Below, piece after piece: positions 42,304-51,267 of a DNA stretch of 64,000 nt. Position 1 is the first letter of the stretch. Each line of letters starts with the position of its first letter. Origin of the DNA: a virus (taxonomy: Duplodnaviria > Heunggongvirae > Uroviricota > Caudoviricetes); IMG/VR virus record IMGVR_UViG_3300033463_000007, positions 159,865 through 223,864 of that record; one strand, 5' to 3'. Made by a program: the position numbers and the translations under genes. The notes under the pieces were generated by a model, which saw only the letters and a list, made by a program, of their open reading frames with translations, did no database searches and was not told where the DNA came from.

Positions 42304-43601
42304 TGTTATCACAGAATGTTATAATAAATAAAATTTTAGCTACCAAAGATATGTCATTAATAACTCTTAATGCTTTAACTGAAGATTATTTTTTTAATTA
42401 TAAAGCAGAGTTTTTATTTATAGTTAATCATTATAAAACATATGGTACAGTACCAGATAAAGTAACTTTTATTAATGCTTTTCCTGATTTTGATTTACAA
42501 GATGTAAATGAACCGGATACTTATTTATTGGATCAGCTTTATAAAGATTATAATACAAGCTATTTAGCTAATTGTTTTAATCATATTAAAAAATTACTTG
42601 AAGCGGGTAAAACTGAAGAAGCATATGAATATCATATTAATTCTATAAATAAATTACATCATGGTTCAGTTTTGCAGCCAGTAGATATTATTACAGATAC
42701 AAGTCGATATGATCATTATCTTGAACGTACAGCCAATTGGAATCAATATTATATCTCTACAGGTTTTCCGGAACTTGATAAAATTATAGGCGGTATTGAC
42801 TGTAAAAATGAAAATATGGTAATTGCAGCTCGAACTGGTCAAGGTAAAACTATGTGTATGGTAAAAATGGCTGTAGCTGCTTATCTTCAGGGTAAACGAG
42901 TTGGTATTTATGAAGGCGAAATGACTGAAGATAAACTTGGTTATCGCATTGATACATTTCTTGGTCATATTAAAAATACTGCTATTAATCGTGGTGATCT
43001 TTATATTCAGCAAGAATATCAAAAATATATTAATAGCTTATCTTTAAGTAATAATAAAGGCTGTATAAAGGTTTTAACACCAAATAGTGCAGGTGGAAGA
43101 GTAACTGTAGACACTTTACAAGCTTTTATTGAGAAAGAAAAACTTGATATTTTATATGTTGACCAATATTCTTTGCTTGAGGATACAAGTCATGCTAAGA
43201 CAAGTTTTGAGCGAGTTGGTAATATTGCAAAAGCAATTAAACAATTACAAGTAAAATTTCAGATCCCAATTATTGCTGTATCCCAAATGAATAGAACAAA
43301 AAATGAAGATGGCTCACAGGATACTACCCAAATTGGTTTATCTGACATGATTCCACAGTATGCAACAATTCTTCTTATGCTAGATAGAGATAAGAATGAT
43401 CGTACAAAACTTACAATTAATGTTGTAAAAGCAAGAGATGGTGGCGATGGCAATAAACTTGAATATGTTGTTAATTGGGATCTTGGTACTTTTCAATATA
43501 TCCCATCTGAGAATGATTTAGTATCTTCTGATGAAGATATTAATAATATTGCTCAGAGCTATGAAAATACATTTCCGATAGATGATGATTTAGTTTATTA
43601 A
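42303..43601 (+). CDS. dnaB: Replicative DNA helicase (DnaB-like)
   Basis: GFPELDKIIGG, IAARTGQGKTMCMV Walker A, ILYVDQYSLL, RecA-fold C-terminal domain. Confidence 0.75.
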   Translation: MLSQNVIINKILATKDMSLITLNALTEDYFFNYKAEFLFIVNHYKTYGTVPDKVTFINAFPDFDLQDVNEPDTYLLDQLYKDYNTSYLANCFNHIKKLLEAGKTEEAYEYHINSINKLHHGSVLQPVDIITDTSRYDHYLERTANWNQYYISTGFPELDKIIGGIDCKNENMVIAARTGQGKTMCMVKMAVAAYLQGKRVGIYEGEMTEDKLGYRIDTFLGHIKNTAINRGDLYIQQEYQKYINSLSLSNNKGCIKVLTPNSAGGRVTVDTLQAFIEKEKLDILYVDQYSLLEDTSHAKTSFERVGNIAKAIKQLQVKFQIPIIAVSQMNRTKNEDGSQDTTQIGLSDMIPQYATILLMLDRDKNDRTKLTINVVKARDGGDGNKLEYVVNWDLGTFQYIPSENDLVSSDEDINNIAQSYENTFPIDDDLVY

Positions 43602-43607
43602 TAAATT

Positions 43608-44564
43608 ATGAGATATTTAAGAATAGATAATTATATTATTGATAAACCAATAATTGATATTTTATATGAAATAAAACGCAATTTAACAAATGGCAAGCTA
43701 AAAAGTATTAGGCCAAATGGTGATAATATTTTGGTAACGTGCCCGCATCATGCTAATGGATTAGAACAAAAGCCAGCTTTAAATATTTATATTGGTGAAA
43801 ATTCTAGTATTCCATATGGTTTTGTACATTGTTTTGTTTGTGATTTTAAAGGCTCTTTTGAATATTTTGTTTCAGAATGCTTTAATAGTACACTTGATTA
43901 TGCAAAACAATGGTTAATTACAAAATTTGGTATATTAGTAGAAGAGACTATTTTAGTAGATTCACCAATTAATTTAAATAAACCAAAATCGCTATTTTTA
44001 AATGAAAAATTATTAGAGCAGTATCAAACTTGGACACCTTATTTTGCCAAAAGAAAATTATCAAGACAAACTTGTGAAAATTTTAAATTAAGATATGATC
44101 CAATTCATAGGCAAGCTATTTTTCCAGTTTATGATATATCAGGTCATTTAAAAATGTTAGCAAAACGTAATATTGATACCAAAGTTTTTTATTTAGATAA
44201 GAAACAGGAAAAAGAAGTTTATGCACTCAATATTATTCAAAAAAATAATATTAAAAAGGCATTAATAACAGAGGGTCCATTCGATTGTTTGTCCGGTTGG
44301 GAACATGAAATTCCCACAATTGCAACTTTAGGTAATATTTCAAATTATCAAATTGAACAGCTTAATAAGTCTTGTTTAAATATTTTATATTTAGCTTTTG
44401 ATAATGATGAGGCCGGTAAGCGATTTAGCGATATTATTAAACGTAGATTAACTAATAGAATTATTACTTTTGATATAGAACTTCCTAAAAATAGAAAAGA
44501 TTTAAATGATTTATCCGAAGAAGATTGGCAAAATTTAATAAAAAATTATAATTTAGCTGTTTAA
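43608..44564 (+). CDS. DNA primase (zinc-finger + Toprim)
   Basis: CPHHANG...CFVCDF zinc finger; Toprim ITEGPFDCLS and DNDEAGKRF. Confidence 0.65.
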   Translation: MRYLRIDNYIIDKPIIDILYEIKRNLTNGKLKSIRPNGDNILVTCPHHANGLEQKPALNIYIGENSSIPYGFVHCFVCDFKGSFEYFVSECFNSTLDYAKQWLITKFGILVEETILVDSPINLNKPKSLFLNEKLLEQYQTWTPYFAKRKLSRQTCENFKLRYDPIHRQAIFPVYDISGHLKMLAKRNIDTKVFYLDKKQEKEVYALNIIQKNNIKKALITEGPFDCLSGWEHEIPTIATLGNISNYQIEQLNKSCLNILYLAFDNDEAGKRFSDIIKRRLTNRIITFDIELPKNRKDLNDLSEEDWQNLIKNYNLAV

Positions 44565-44677
44565 ATTCGCTAAATTATATTGTATAATAATTATACAAGT
44601 GTGCAAATATATGTAAATATAAAACATACTTGATAAAATAGATTAATAAAAAAGAATTATAAAATAAGGAGATTTTT

Positions 44678-45493
44678 ATGGCAAATTTTAGTTTTTCAGA
44701 TTATCAGAACGTAGTTAATGCAGCACAGAATAAAAATAATGCTGCTCGTATTGGTTACTTTAAACTTGCCAATGATGGTGATGAAGCGCTCATTAGAATT
44801 AATTGTGCAAATGTAAATGATCTTTTGTTTGCATCAGTTCATACTATTAGTGCTGCAGGTAAGTGGCTTAAAGTAAATTGTCTTAATCCTCTTGGAACCT
44901 ATAATGACGGCTGTGAACTGTGTACGGCGGCTGCCAATGGAAATAGTGCAATTTCTAAGGCAGGCAAAAAAGTATATATTCAAATGATGGTATCATATAA
45001 GGATAAGACGACGGGTGCTTGGGCAGAAGCTATTCCAGTTATTTGGGAAAGACCTGCATCATTCTCACGTGAAATTGCAAATAAACTTAGAGATTATGGA
45101 GATCTTAGACAGGTTCTTTTAAAGGTTACCCGTAATGGCGTGGCAGGCGATATGAAGACAACTTATTCAATGGATTATGCTGTGCCAACAATTTTTAAGC
45201 CCGAGATGATTCCCATGGATTTTAGTGCTTTTAATAATTTTAATATTGCAAAGCATTCTTATTGGGAAAAGACAGCTTCTGAAATTCACACTTTCCTTAC
45301 AACTGGTGCATTTCCAGAAGTTATTACAGCAGCTCCTGCTGAAACACAGACAATGACAGCCCCTGTACAGCCAGTAAATAATATTCCTGTACAGAATACC
45401 ATTCCTGTTGCTGAAGCTCCGGTAGTTCAGGCAATGCCTGTCACTGAGACACCACCGGCGAGAAATTTTTCAGGTAGTAAATTCTCGTTCTAA
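44678..45493 (+). CDS. Probable single-stranded DNA-binding protein (zinc-containing, gp32-like) with Pro/Val-rich C-terminal tail
   Basis: Cys cluster NCLNPLGTYNDGCELC; position between primase and further replication genes; low-complexity acidic/proline tail. Confidence 0.35.
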   Translation: MANFSFSDYQNVVNAAQNKNNAARIGYFKLANDGDEALIRINCANVNDLLFASVHTISAAGKWLKVNCLNPLGTYNDGCELCTAAANGNSAISKAGKKVYIQMMVSYKDKTTGAWAEAIPVIWERPASFSREIANKLRDYGDLRQVLLKVTRNGVAGDMKTTYSMDYAVPTIFKPEMIPMDFSAFNNFNIAKHSYWEKTASEIHTFLTTGAFPEVITAAPAETQTMTAPVQPVNNIPVQNTIPVAEAPVVQAMPVTETPPARNFSGSKFSF

Positions 45494-45791
45494 GTTTTTT
45501 AATTTAATATTTGGTTAATTTTAAAATATTGCAACTAAAATATTTTGATAGGTGATTATAAAAAAATAATTTTAATTAGGCCTAATAATTATCATTTATA
45601 CTCATTGAAGTTTTCTGAAAAGATCAGTGAAGTTGCTACCTCTCGATATATAGGTGAAAGAAATCGGACCGCTATAAGGTGGGGTGCGGTTTAGACCCCT
45701 AAAGACAGCCGTCATTGAATGGTGATCACCCTATTCCATTCATTTTTTTATCTACTGCTGGTGTGGCTCAATGGCAGAGCAGCTGATTTGT

Positions 45792-46369
45792 AAAATAAAT
45801 TGCAACCTTGTAAGGAAACTTATAAGTGAAAATCTCGCTAATTCGGGGAAACCTACAATGAGTAGAATCTATCTTAATTGTGGTAGAAAAATTACCGGAC
45901 GAGGGCTTAAGTATTGTAACAATGTTTGCCAGAAAGAATATGAATATAAATCATATATTGAAAGATGGAAACAAGGTTTAGAAACTGGGCTTCGTGGGGA
46001 GTATCAAATATCTGATTTTATTAAAAGATATTTGTTTGAAACTCGTGGTAAGAAATGTGAACTGTGTGGTTGGGATAAAGTAAATCCTTTAACAAAAAAT
46101 GTTCCTGTAGAAATCCATCATATAGATGGAGATTACAAGAATAATTCAGAAGAAAATTTACAAATTTTATGTCCAAACTGCCATTCACTTACAAATACCT
46201 ACAAAAACTCTAATACTAATAATGGTAGAAAAGAGAGAAATAAATACTCGTCATGACAATCCCGAGCTAGGTTAATACCGAGTGTAGAGACTTTACACGA
46301 GAAACCTAAACCTATATAGGCATGGTTAAGAGAAAGTCCAGACTACAATGTGAAAACGATGTAGCACTG
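45792..46369 (+). ncRNA. Group I intron (td-like, subgroup IA) in tRNA-Thr anticodon loop
   Basis: P element CTAATTCGGGGAAACC (45836-45851), Q element GACAATCCCGAGCTA (46262-46276, near-identical to T4 td intron GACAATCCCGTGCTA), R element GTCCAGACTACAATG (46336-46350). Confidence 0.55.
45858..46256 (+). CDS. Intron-encoded HNH homing endonuclease
   Basis: MSRIYLNCGRK zinc finger; CELCG...VEIHHIDGDYKNNSEENLQILCPNCHSL HNH motif; ORF track extension to 45771 overlaps the tRNA 5' exon and is probably not translated. Confidence 0.6.
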   Translation: MSRIYLNCGRKITGRGLKYCNNVCQKEYEYKSYIERWKQGLETGLRGEYQISDFIKRYLFETRGKKCELCGWDKVNPLTKNVPVEIHHIDGDYKNNSEENLQILCPNCHSLTNTYKNSNTNNGRKERNKYSS

Positions 46370-46422
46370 AATCAGCAGGTTGATGGTTCGACTCCGTTCA
46401 CCAGCTCCAATAAATTATAAGA

Positions 46423-47019
46423 GTGGGCTATATGTTTAAAAATTGTTTTACTATATGTATAGACATGGATGATACAATTGAAGATCTTTTACCTGCCTGG
46501 CTTATTTGGCTTAATAATAAATATGGTTATAATAAACAGGTTGAAGATGTAAAAGAATGGGGTATGGATAAAGTCTACCCAGAATTAACAAATGATCAAC
46601 TTTATGAACCCTTAACCATCAGAGATTTTTGGAAAACAGTAAAACCAAAACAAGATGCTATTGAATATATTGGAAAATTAGTTAGTGAGCACCAAGATAT
46701 AAGAATTGTTACTTCTGCAAGATATGATACTTTTCAATATAAGGTAGAAGAGGTAATTTTAAAATATTTTCCAATGATTGACTATCATAATATTATTTTA
46801 AGCTATGATAAAGCAAGAATAAATTGCGATATTATGATTGATGATAATATTAATAATTTACTTGGTGGAAATTATTATAAATTATTATATAATACAACTC
46901 ATAATCAATTGGAAGATTTAAAAGACTGTAAACGTGTATCTTCTTGGAAAGAGATTTATAATATTATTAGCACCTTAGATTGGTATTATACTTGTAATCA
47001 TAAACAAACAGTTAATTAA
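46423..47019 (+). CDS. HAD-family 5'(3')-deoxyribonucleotidase
   Basis: ICIDMDDT DxD motif, IVTSAR, MIDDN motif III/IV. Confidence 0.55.
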   Translation: MGYMFKNCFTICIDMDDTIEDLLPAWLIWLNNKYGYNKQVEDVKEWGMDKVYPELTNDQLYEPLTIRDFWKTVKPKQDAIEYIGKLVSEHQDIRIVTSARYDTFQYKVEEVILKYFPMIDYHNIILSYDKARINCDIMIDDNINNLLGGNYYKLLYNTTHNQLEDLKDCKRVSSWKEIYNIISTLDWYYTCNHKQTVN

Positions 47020-47020
47020 T

Positions 47021-47080
47021 GCCCAGGTAACTCAGCTGGTTAGAGGAAATTGTGTCGTGGGTTCAAGTCCCACCCTGGGT
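47021..47080 (+). pseudogene. tRNA remnant lacking the anticodon stem-loop (acceptor + D-arm fused to T-arm + acceptor)
   Basis: GCCCAGG-TA-ACTCAGCTGGTTAGAGG ... GTGGG-TTCAAGT-CCCAC-CCTGGGT: only 10 nt where ~22 nt of anticodon arm plus variable loop should be. Confidence 0.35.
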
Positions 47081-47285
47081 TTTTTATAAAAGTTACAGTA
47101 AAATTATTAGCTAAATTAAAAGAATAAAATAGCTAAGATAGAAAAAATAGCACAACCAAAGAAATTTGGTGTCGCAAAGCTAAAGGGCCCTTTCCGGGCA
47201 GCCAGTTGCTTCTAGGAGACATTACTCATGGAAGCTTTTATTTTATTTATATTTTATTAAAAATTTATATAAAGGGGAAAAATTT

Positions 47286-47927
47286 ATGAAATTAAGAAAC
47301 ACATTAGCACTTATTATGGTAGCAGCTATGCTTTGCTTTGTTGGTGTTGGCTTTGCAGCATGAACATTTATGAATATTGAAGATGCTGAAGTTAGTACAA
47401 TTCAGGATAAAGTTGCTGTCGGTATTGAATTAAATAATGGTTTTAAACTCTATAATGCAGCAGATGATGCTGAAATTACCGCACTTTATCTTATTTGTGA
47501 TGCTCCTGCTGGTGAAACAGATATTCTTAATGGCCAGGGTGTTTATTGGTCAACTTCTGCAACAGGTAAAGATGGTTCTGGTAATAAGTTAGCTGTTACT
47601 AATGTATATATTAAAGGTACATTAGCAAAAGCTGATGAAGACGGTGTCTGGGATAAAGCTACTGTTGATGTTGCATTTACAGCCGACTATACTGATTTAA
47701 GTTCAACTTATATTACTTTTGGTGTAGCTCCAACTATTGCTAATACTACTGGTATTACTGTTGCAAATAATGCAGTAGTTCAAAGTGCATCTTTTGTATT
47801 ACCTTCAGTTGCATATGTTGCAGCAAATCTTCCTCACAGTATTTCAGAGTTAACAGATATGAATACTGCCCTTGGAACAGACTTAAGCGGTACTGCTTTA
47901 AGATTTACAGCTCAAATTGTTGCTTAA
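47286..47927 (+). CDS. Secreted protein with signal peptide
   Basis: MKLRNTLALIMVAAMLCFVGVGFAA-W signal peptide; TGA=W joins to ORF 47370..47927. Confidence 0.4.
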
Positions 47928-47942
47928 TTTAAGGGGTGTTTT

Positions 47943-48710
47943 ATGAATTCAATTACGATTATTACAATAGTCGTAGTTGCACTCTTAACCGTAGTTATCT
48001 TTGGGTTAGCCTGGTTAGGCTGGAGTTCTTGCCTAAAATTTTATAGAATTGAAATAAATTTAGGTAAGCATGATACTGAAATACTTAAAGAATATTGTTC
48101 TAAGAAGAAAAATAAAGGGGGACTGATTGGACTTATTAGTTCATACTTAGTCCTCCTTATCCTATTAGGACTATTTATAACCGGGATAGTTTATAAAATT
48201 AACGGTGAAAATTTTATTATCAACAATAAGACTGCCCTTGTAATCAAATCTGATTCAATGTCTGAATTTTTTGATGATGAAATAGCTAAACAATATCAAT
48301 TGTTAGATTATGATTCAGCATTACAATTTAGTATGGGAGATATTTGTATTTTTGAAAGGGTAACTGATAATACAAAATTAGTTAAGGGTGAAGTCTATGG
48401 CTATAAATATAAAAATATTATTATTACACATAGATTAGTAGATGAACCTATGAATGAAATTTATAGGTTTAGAGGCGATAATAATCCAGTTGCAGATCAA
48501 GTACTTATAAAAAAAGAAAATATTATTTATCATTATACCGGATATAAGATTCCAGGCTTTGGTGTTTTTATTTTATATGCTCAGTCATATTTTGGTATTT
48601 GGTCCTTGGTTAGTATCATTGGTGTAGCTATTAGTGCAGAAATTGTTTATCATAAATTAGATAATATAAATAAAAAGCATTATAGATATCTTGTAGAAAA
48701 TCGAGGCTAA
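47943..48710 (+). CDS. Signal peptidase I (S26)-like membrane protein
   Basis: N-terminal TM; KSDSMSE (SM catalytic Ser region) and RGDNNPVADQ (GDN box). Confidence 0.4.
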   Translation: MNSITIITIVVVALLTVVIFGLAWLGWSSCLKFYRIEINLGKHDTEILKEYCSKKKNKGGLIGLISSYLVLLILLGLFITGIVYKINGENFIINNKTALVIKSDSMSEFFDDEIAKQYQLLDYDSALQFSMGDICIFERVTDNTKLVKGEVYGYKYKNIIITHRLVDEPMNEIYRFRGDNNPVADQVLIKKENIIYHYTGYKIPGFGVFILYAQSYFGIWSLVSIIGVAISAEIVYHKLDNINKKHYRYLVENRG

Positions 48711-48714
48711 ATAT

Positions 48715-49695
48715 ATGAAAAATAAATTTTTAATTTGTATAATTAGTCTATTTACTATAGCTGCTTTATTTGGAACAACTTATTCTGCTTGATTATTCAC
48801 TGATGTCGCTATCGCCTCAAATCAATTTCAGGTTGAGGTACTTTCTTGAGTTTTTGGTGATAATGGTTTTGCTAAAATTGAAAATGTTCGAAATGGTACC
48901 AATGTAATTATTACAAAAGAAGAAAATATTACACAAAATAGTTCTGAAGCTATTAGAATGACTAGCACTACTGGAACATCTACAAAAGATCATATAATAA
49001 ATATTAATTTTGATCGTGATTATTATCTTTCAGAAATTCAGTTTTATAAATTTGAATTTGATTATTATCATAGATATAAAAGAGAACAGTATGATAAAGG
49101 GTTTCCTAAGATACAATTTACTATAAACAATTCAACTTTAGGAAGTGATCAGGGTGGAACTGACTATTGTACTGAAACCTCCGCCTTTGTAGTAACAGAA
49201 ATTGATGAAAATTGGTGACATTTAGAATATTATGTATTTGCTAATATGCCAACAATTGCTCGACATAGTGATACTCCAATTGCTTTAACTAAAAAAGTAA
49301 ATGGCGTTAGAATTACAGATCGAACTATGTATGATTATGCTGGTACTACAGCTTTTGTTATTATTGATAATATGCAATTTAGTGCGGAGCCCACCTCCAG
49401 ATTGGGCATATTTAACAGATGGACCGGAGATACTGCTGGAAATTATTTTTGGGTTAAAGTTGCATTTTCTGGGCAGCCACATTCAGTTAAGCTTTATTCA
49501 AGTGATACAAGCATAGCTGTTCCTGAATTTGATCCTAGCGATATAGTATCTACTTCATATCCGTTTCCTAATGGAAGTCCATTTTATGTACAATTTTTAA
49601 AAGCTGGTACAGTGACTATCACAGCTGTTTTGGAACTTGGTGATAATCATGAAATACAAACTATTAGTTATACTTATATAGTTACAGATCCTTAA
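48715..49695 (+). CDS. Secreted protein (signal peptide; ORFs 48958..49218 and 49246..49695 joined via TGA=Trp)
   Basis: MKNKFLICIISLFTIAALFGTTYSA-W signal; frame continuous through 4 TGA. Confidence 0.4.
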
Positions 49696-49736
49696 AAAAA
49701 TCTGCTCCTTGTGAGCAGATTTTTTATTTTTTATTG
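49696..49736 (+). terminator. Rho-independent terminator followed by TTATTGTATAATATA promoter
   Basis: AAAAAAATCTGCTCCTTGTGAGCAGATTTTTTATTTTTT. Confidence 0.6.
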
Positions 49737-49775
49737 TATAATATATTGCACATAAAAAAATGTGCAATATTATAT

Positions 49776-50181
49776 GGGGGTGTAAAGGTTTCGACAGGGT
49801 TAAGAAAGTGATAGTATACGCAGGAGTTATTCACCTTACGAATCGGTAATTTAAAATAAACGACAATACAATTGTTACTTTTAGTCCTTTCTTAATTAAT
49901 GCACTCTCTTCTATGAGGGCTGCTGCTTAAGATATTATAGGCGCCAAAACAATACGCTGGTGATCAAGCAAGTATTTGAGGTCAAAGAACGGGTCACATA
50001 AAGTTGTCCAACTTTAAAATGGACTGGTGGAGACGGATAAAACCGGCGCAACTCATTTAATATATTGAATTTGCTTATTTTACATTATATTAAATTATTT
50101 TATTAAATAAGCTAGTGCGTAAGTATTATACTATTTTAGTATTAATTTTGGACAGGGGTTCGATTCCCCTCACTTCCACCA
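49776..50181 (+). ncRNA. ssrA: tmRNA (ssrA) with long tag ending -AAA
   Basis: 5' GGGGGTGTAAAGGTTTCGACAGGG (cf. E. coli GGGGCUGAUUCUGGAUUCGACGGG), 3' GGACAGGGGTTCGATTCCCCTCACTTCCACCA; acceptor with G3:U70; tag ORF ...GAC AAT ACA ATT GTT ACT TTT AGT CCT TTC TTA ATT AAT GCA CTC TCT TCT ATG AGG GCT GCT GCT TAA = (N)DNTIVTFSPFLINALSSMRAAA. Confidence 0.75.
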
Positions 50182-50185
50182 ATGT

Positions 50186-50261
50186 CTGGGTGTAATTCAG
50201 TTGGTAGAATGCGTGATTTGGGATCACGATGCCGGATGTTCAAGTCATCTCACTCAGACCA
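50186..50261 (+). tRNA. tRNA-Pro(UGG)
   Basis: CTGGGTG-TA-ATTC-AGTTGGTA-GAAT-G-CGTGA-TTTGGGA-TCACG-ATGCC-GGATG-TTCAAGT-CATCT-CACTCAG-A-CCA. Confidence 0.7.
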
Positions 50262-50271
50262 TAGGCTCATT

Positions 50272-50347
50272 GGAGCTCGTCCTCGACGATATTGAGGGCA
50301 CGCCTTATAAGCGTGTACATAAGGTTTGACTCCTTAGGGCTCTACCA
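50272..50347 (+). tRNA. tRNA-Ile(UAU)-like
   Basis: GGAGCTC-GT-CCTC-GACGATATT-GAGG-G-CACGC-CTTATAA-GCGTG-TACA-TAAGG-TTTGACT-CCTTA-GGGCTCT-A-CCA; D-loop lacks GG and pos 8 is G, so lower confidence. Confidence 0.4.
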
Positions 50348-50403
50348 GGAAAAAGTTAATAGCAATATTAACTTTTATTTTTTATAAAGGAAGGTTTTAT
50401 AGC

Positions 50404-51191
50404 ATGAATTTATTTAAATGCTACCTATCCGACAGTAAGTGATATAAAGAAGCCGTAAGAAATGGTCAACCCATTGGAATTCTTTGACATGACACTGCTG
50501 CTGGAAACCCAAACTTAAAACGTTATGTCCAACCAAATGAATCAGATCCAGATTATGATAAGCTTATGGCAATGCTTGGAAAGAATCAATATAATAATTC
50601 TTGACAGCATTCTACCATGAATAAAGGTGTAAATGCTTTTATTGGTAAACTAGAAGATGGCTCGGTTGCAACAGCTCAATTAGGTGAATGAGATATTCAT
50701 GCTTGAGGTTGTGGGGGCGGAAATAAAGGCTCCTGTAATGGTTATACTATTGTAAATGGTAAAACAACTTGAGTTGAACCTTTTTGGATTCAATTTGAAA
50801 CTTGCGACGACTTTTATACTGATAAAAGCTACTTTGAAGCGGTCTATAAAGAAGCTTGTGAGTTTACAGCTTATATTTGTAAGCAATTTAATATTGATCC
50901 AAATGGTACCGTAGAGTTTAATGGTGTTCAGGTACCTACTATTTTATGTCATGCAGATAGCTATAAGCTTGGACTTGGAAATGATCATGGTGACGTTTTA
51001 GTATGATTTAAAAAGTTTGGTAAAACTATGGATGATGTAAGAAGAGATGTGGCTGCTATCTTACAAGAAGAAAAAGAAAAAGATGATAAAGATAAAGACG
51101 ATGAAGAAATAGATGAAAATACATTTCTCAAATGCTTTAAAATAGTCATCAAATTTATTAAACAGCTCTGGTATAGCACAAATAAAAAGTA
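50404..51191 (+). CDS. N-acetylmuramoyl-L-alanine amidase (Amidase_2/PGRP-like endolysin); 9 in-frame TGA=Trp
   Basis: GIL-W-HDTAAGNP, HA-W-GCGGGNKGSCNGY, PTILCHADS zinc-ligand pattern; completely fragmented in the standard-code ORF track. Confidence 0.65.
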
Positions 51192-51198
51192 AAACTTT

Positions 51199-51240
51199 AA
51201 AAGACCCCAGAATTCTGAGGTCTTTTTATTGTATAATATA
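51199..51240 (+). promoter_or_regulatory. Terminator-promoter cassette upstream of polA
   Basis: AAAGACCCCAGAATTCTGAGGTCTTT hairpin then TTATTGTATAATATA. Confidence 0.5.
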
Positions 51241-51267
51241 AAGAATAAATTTATAGTAGAGGTTGTT

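Larger units (their letters stand above)
45757..46409 (+). tRNA. Intron-containing tRNA-Thr(UGU): 5' exon 45757-45791, group I intron 45792-46369 (HNH ORF inside), 3' exon 46370-46406 plus CCA
   Basis: Acceptor GCTGGTG/CACCAGC and anticodon stem GCTGA/TCAGC perfectly complementary across 580 nt; D-arm GCTC-AATGGCA-GAGC; loop UUUGUAA; T-arm GATGG-TTCGACT-CCGTT as in E. coli tRNA-Thr; exon1 ends in U, intron ends in G. Confidence 0.55.

Noticed and set aside
45771-45857. ORF-track start of the HNH gene at 45771, which would overlap the tRNA-Thr 5' exon.
   Set aside because: The ATG at 45771 lies inside the tRNA D-loop and has no RBS. An internal ATG at 45858 precedes the zinc-finger motif and gives an HNH protein comparable to the one at 15282.
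47021-47080. A third intron-split tRNA surrounding the nucleotidase gene.
   Set aside because: No matching 5' half exists upstream of 46423; that region is occupied by the tRNA-Thr 3' exon. The element already contains both acceptor strands, so it is a deletion derivative rather than a split gene.
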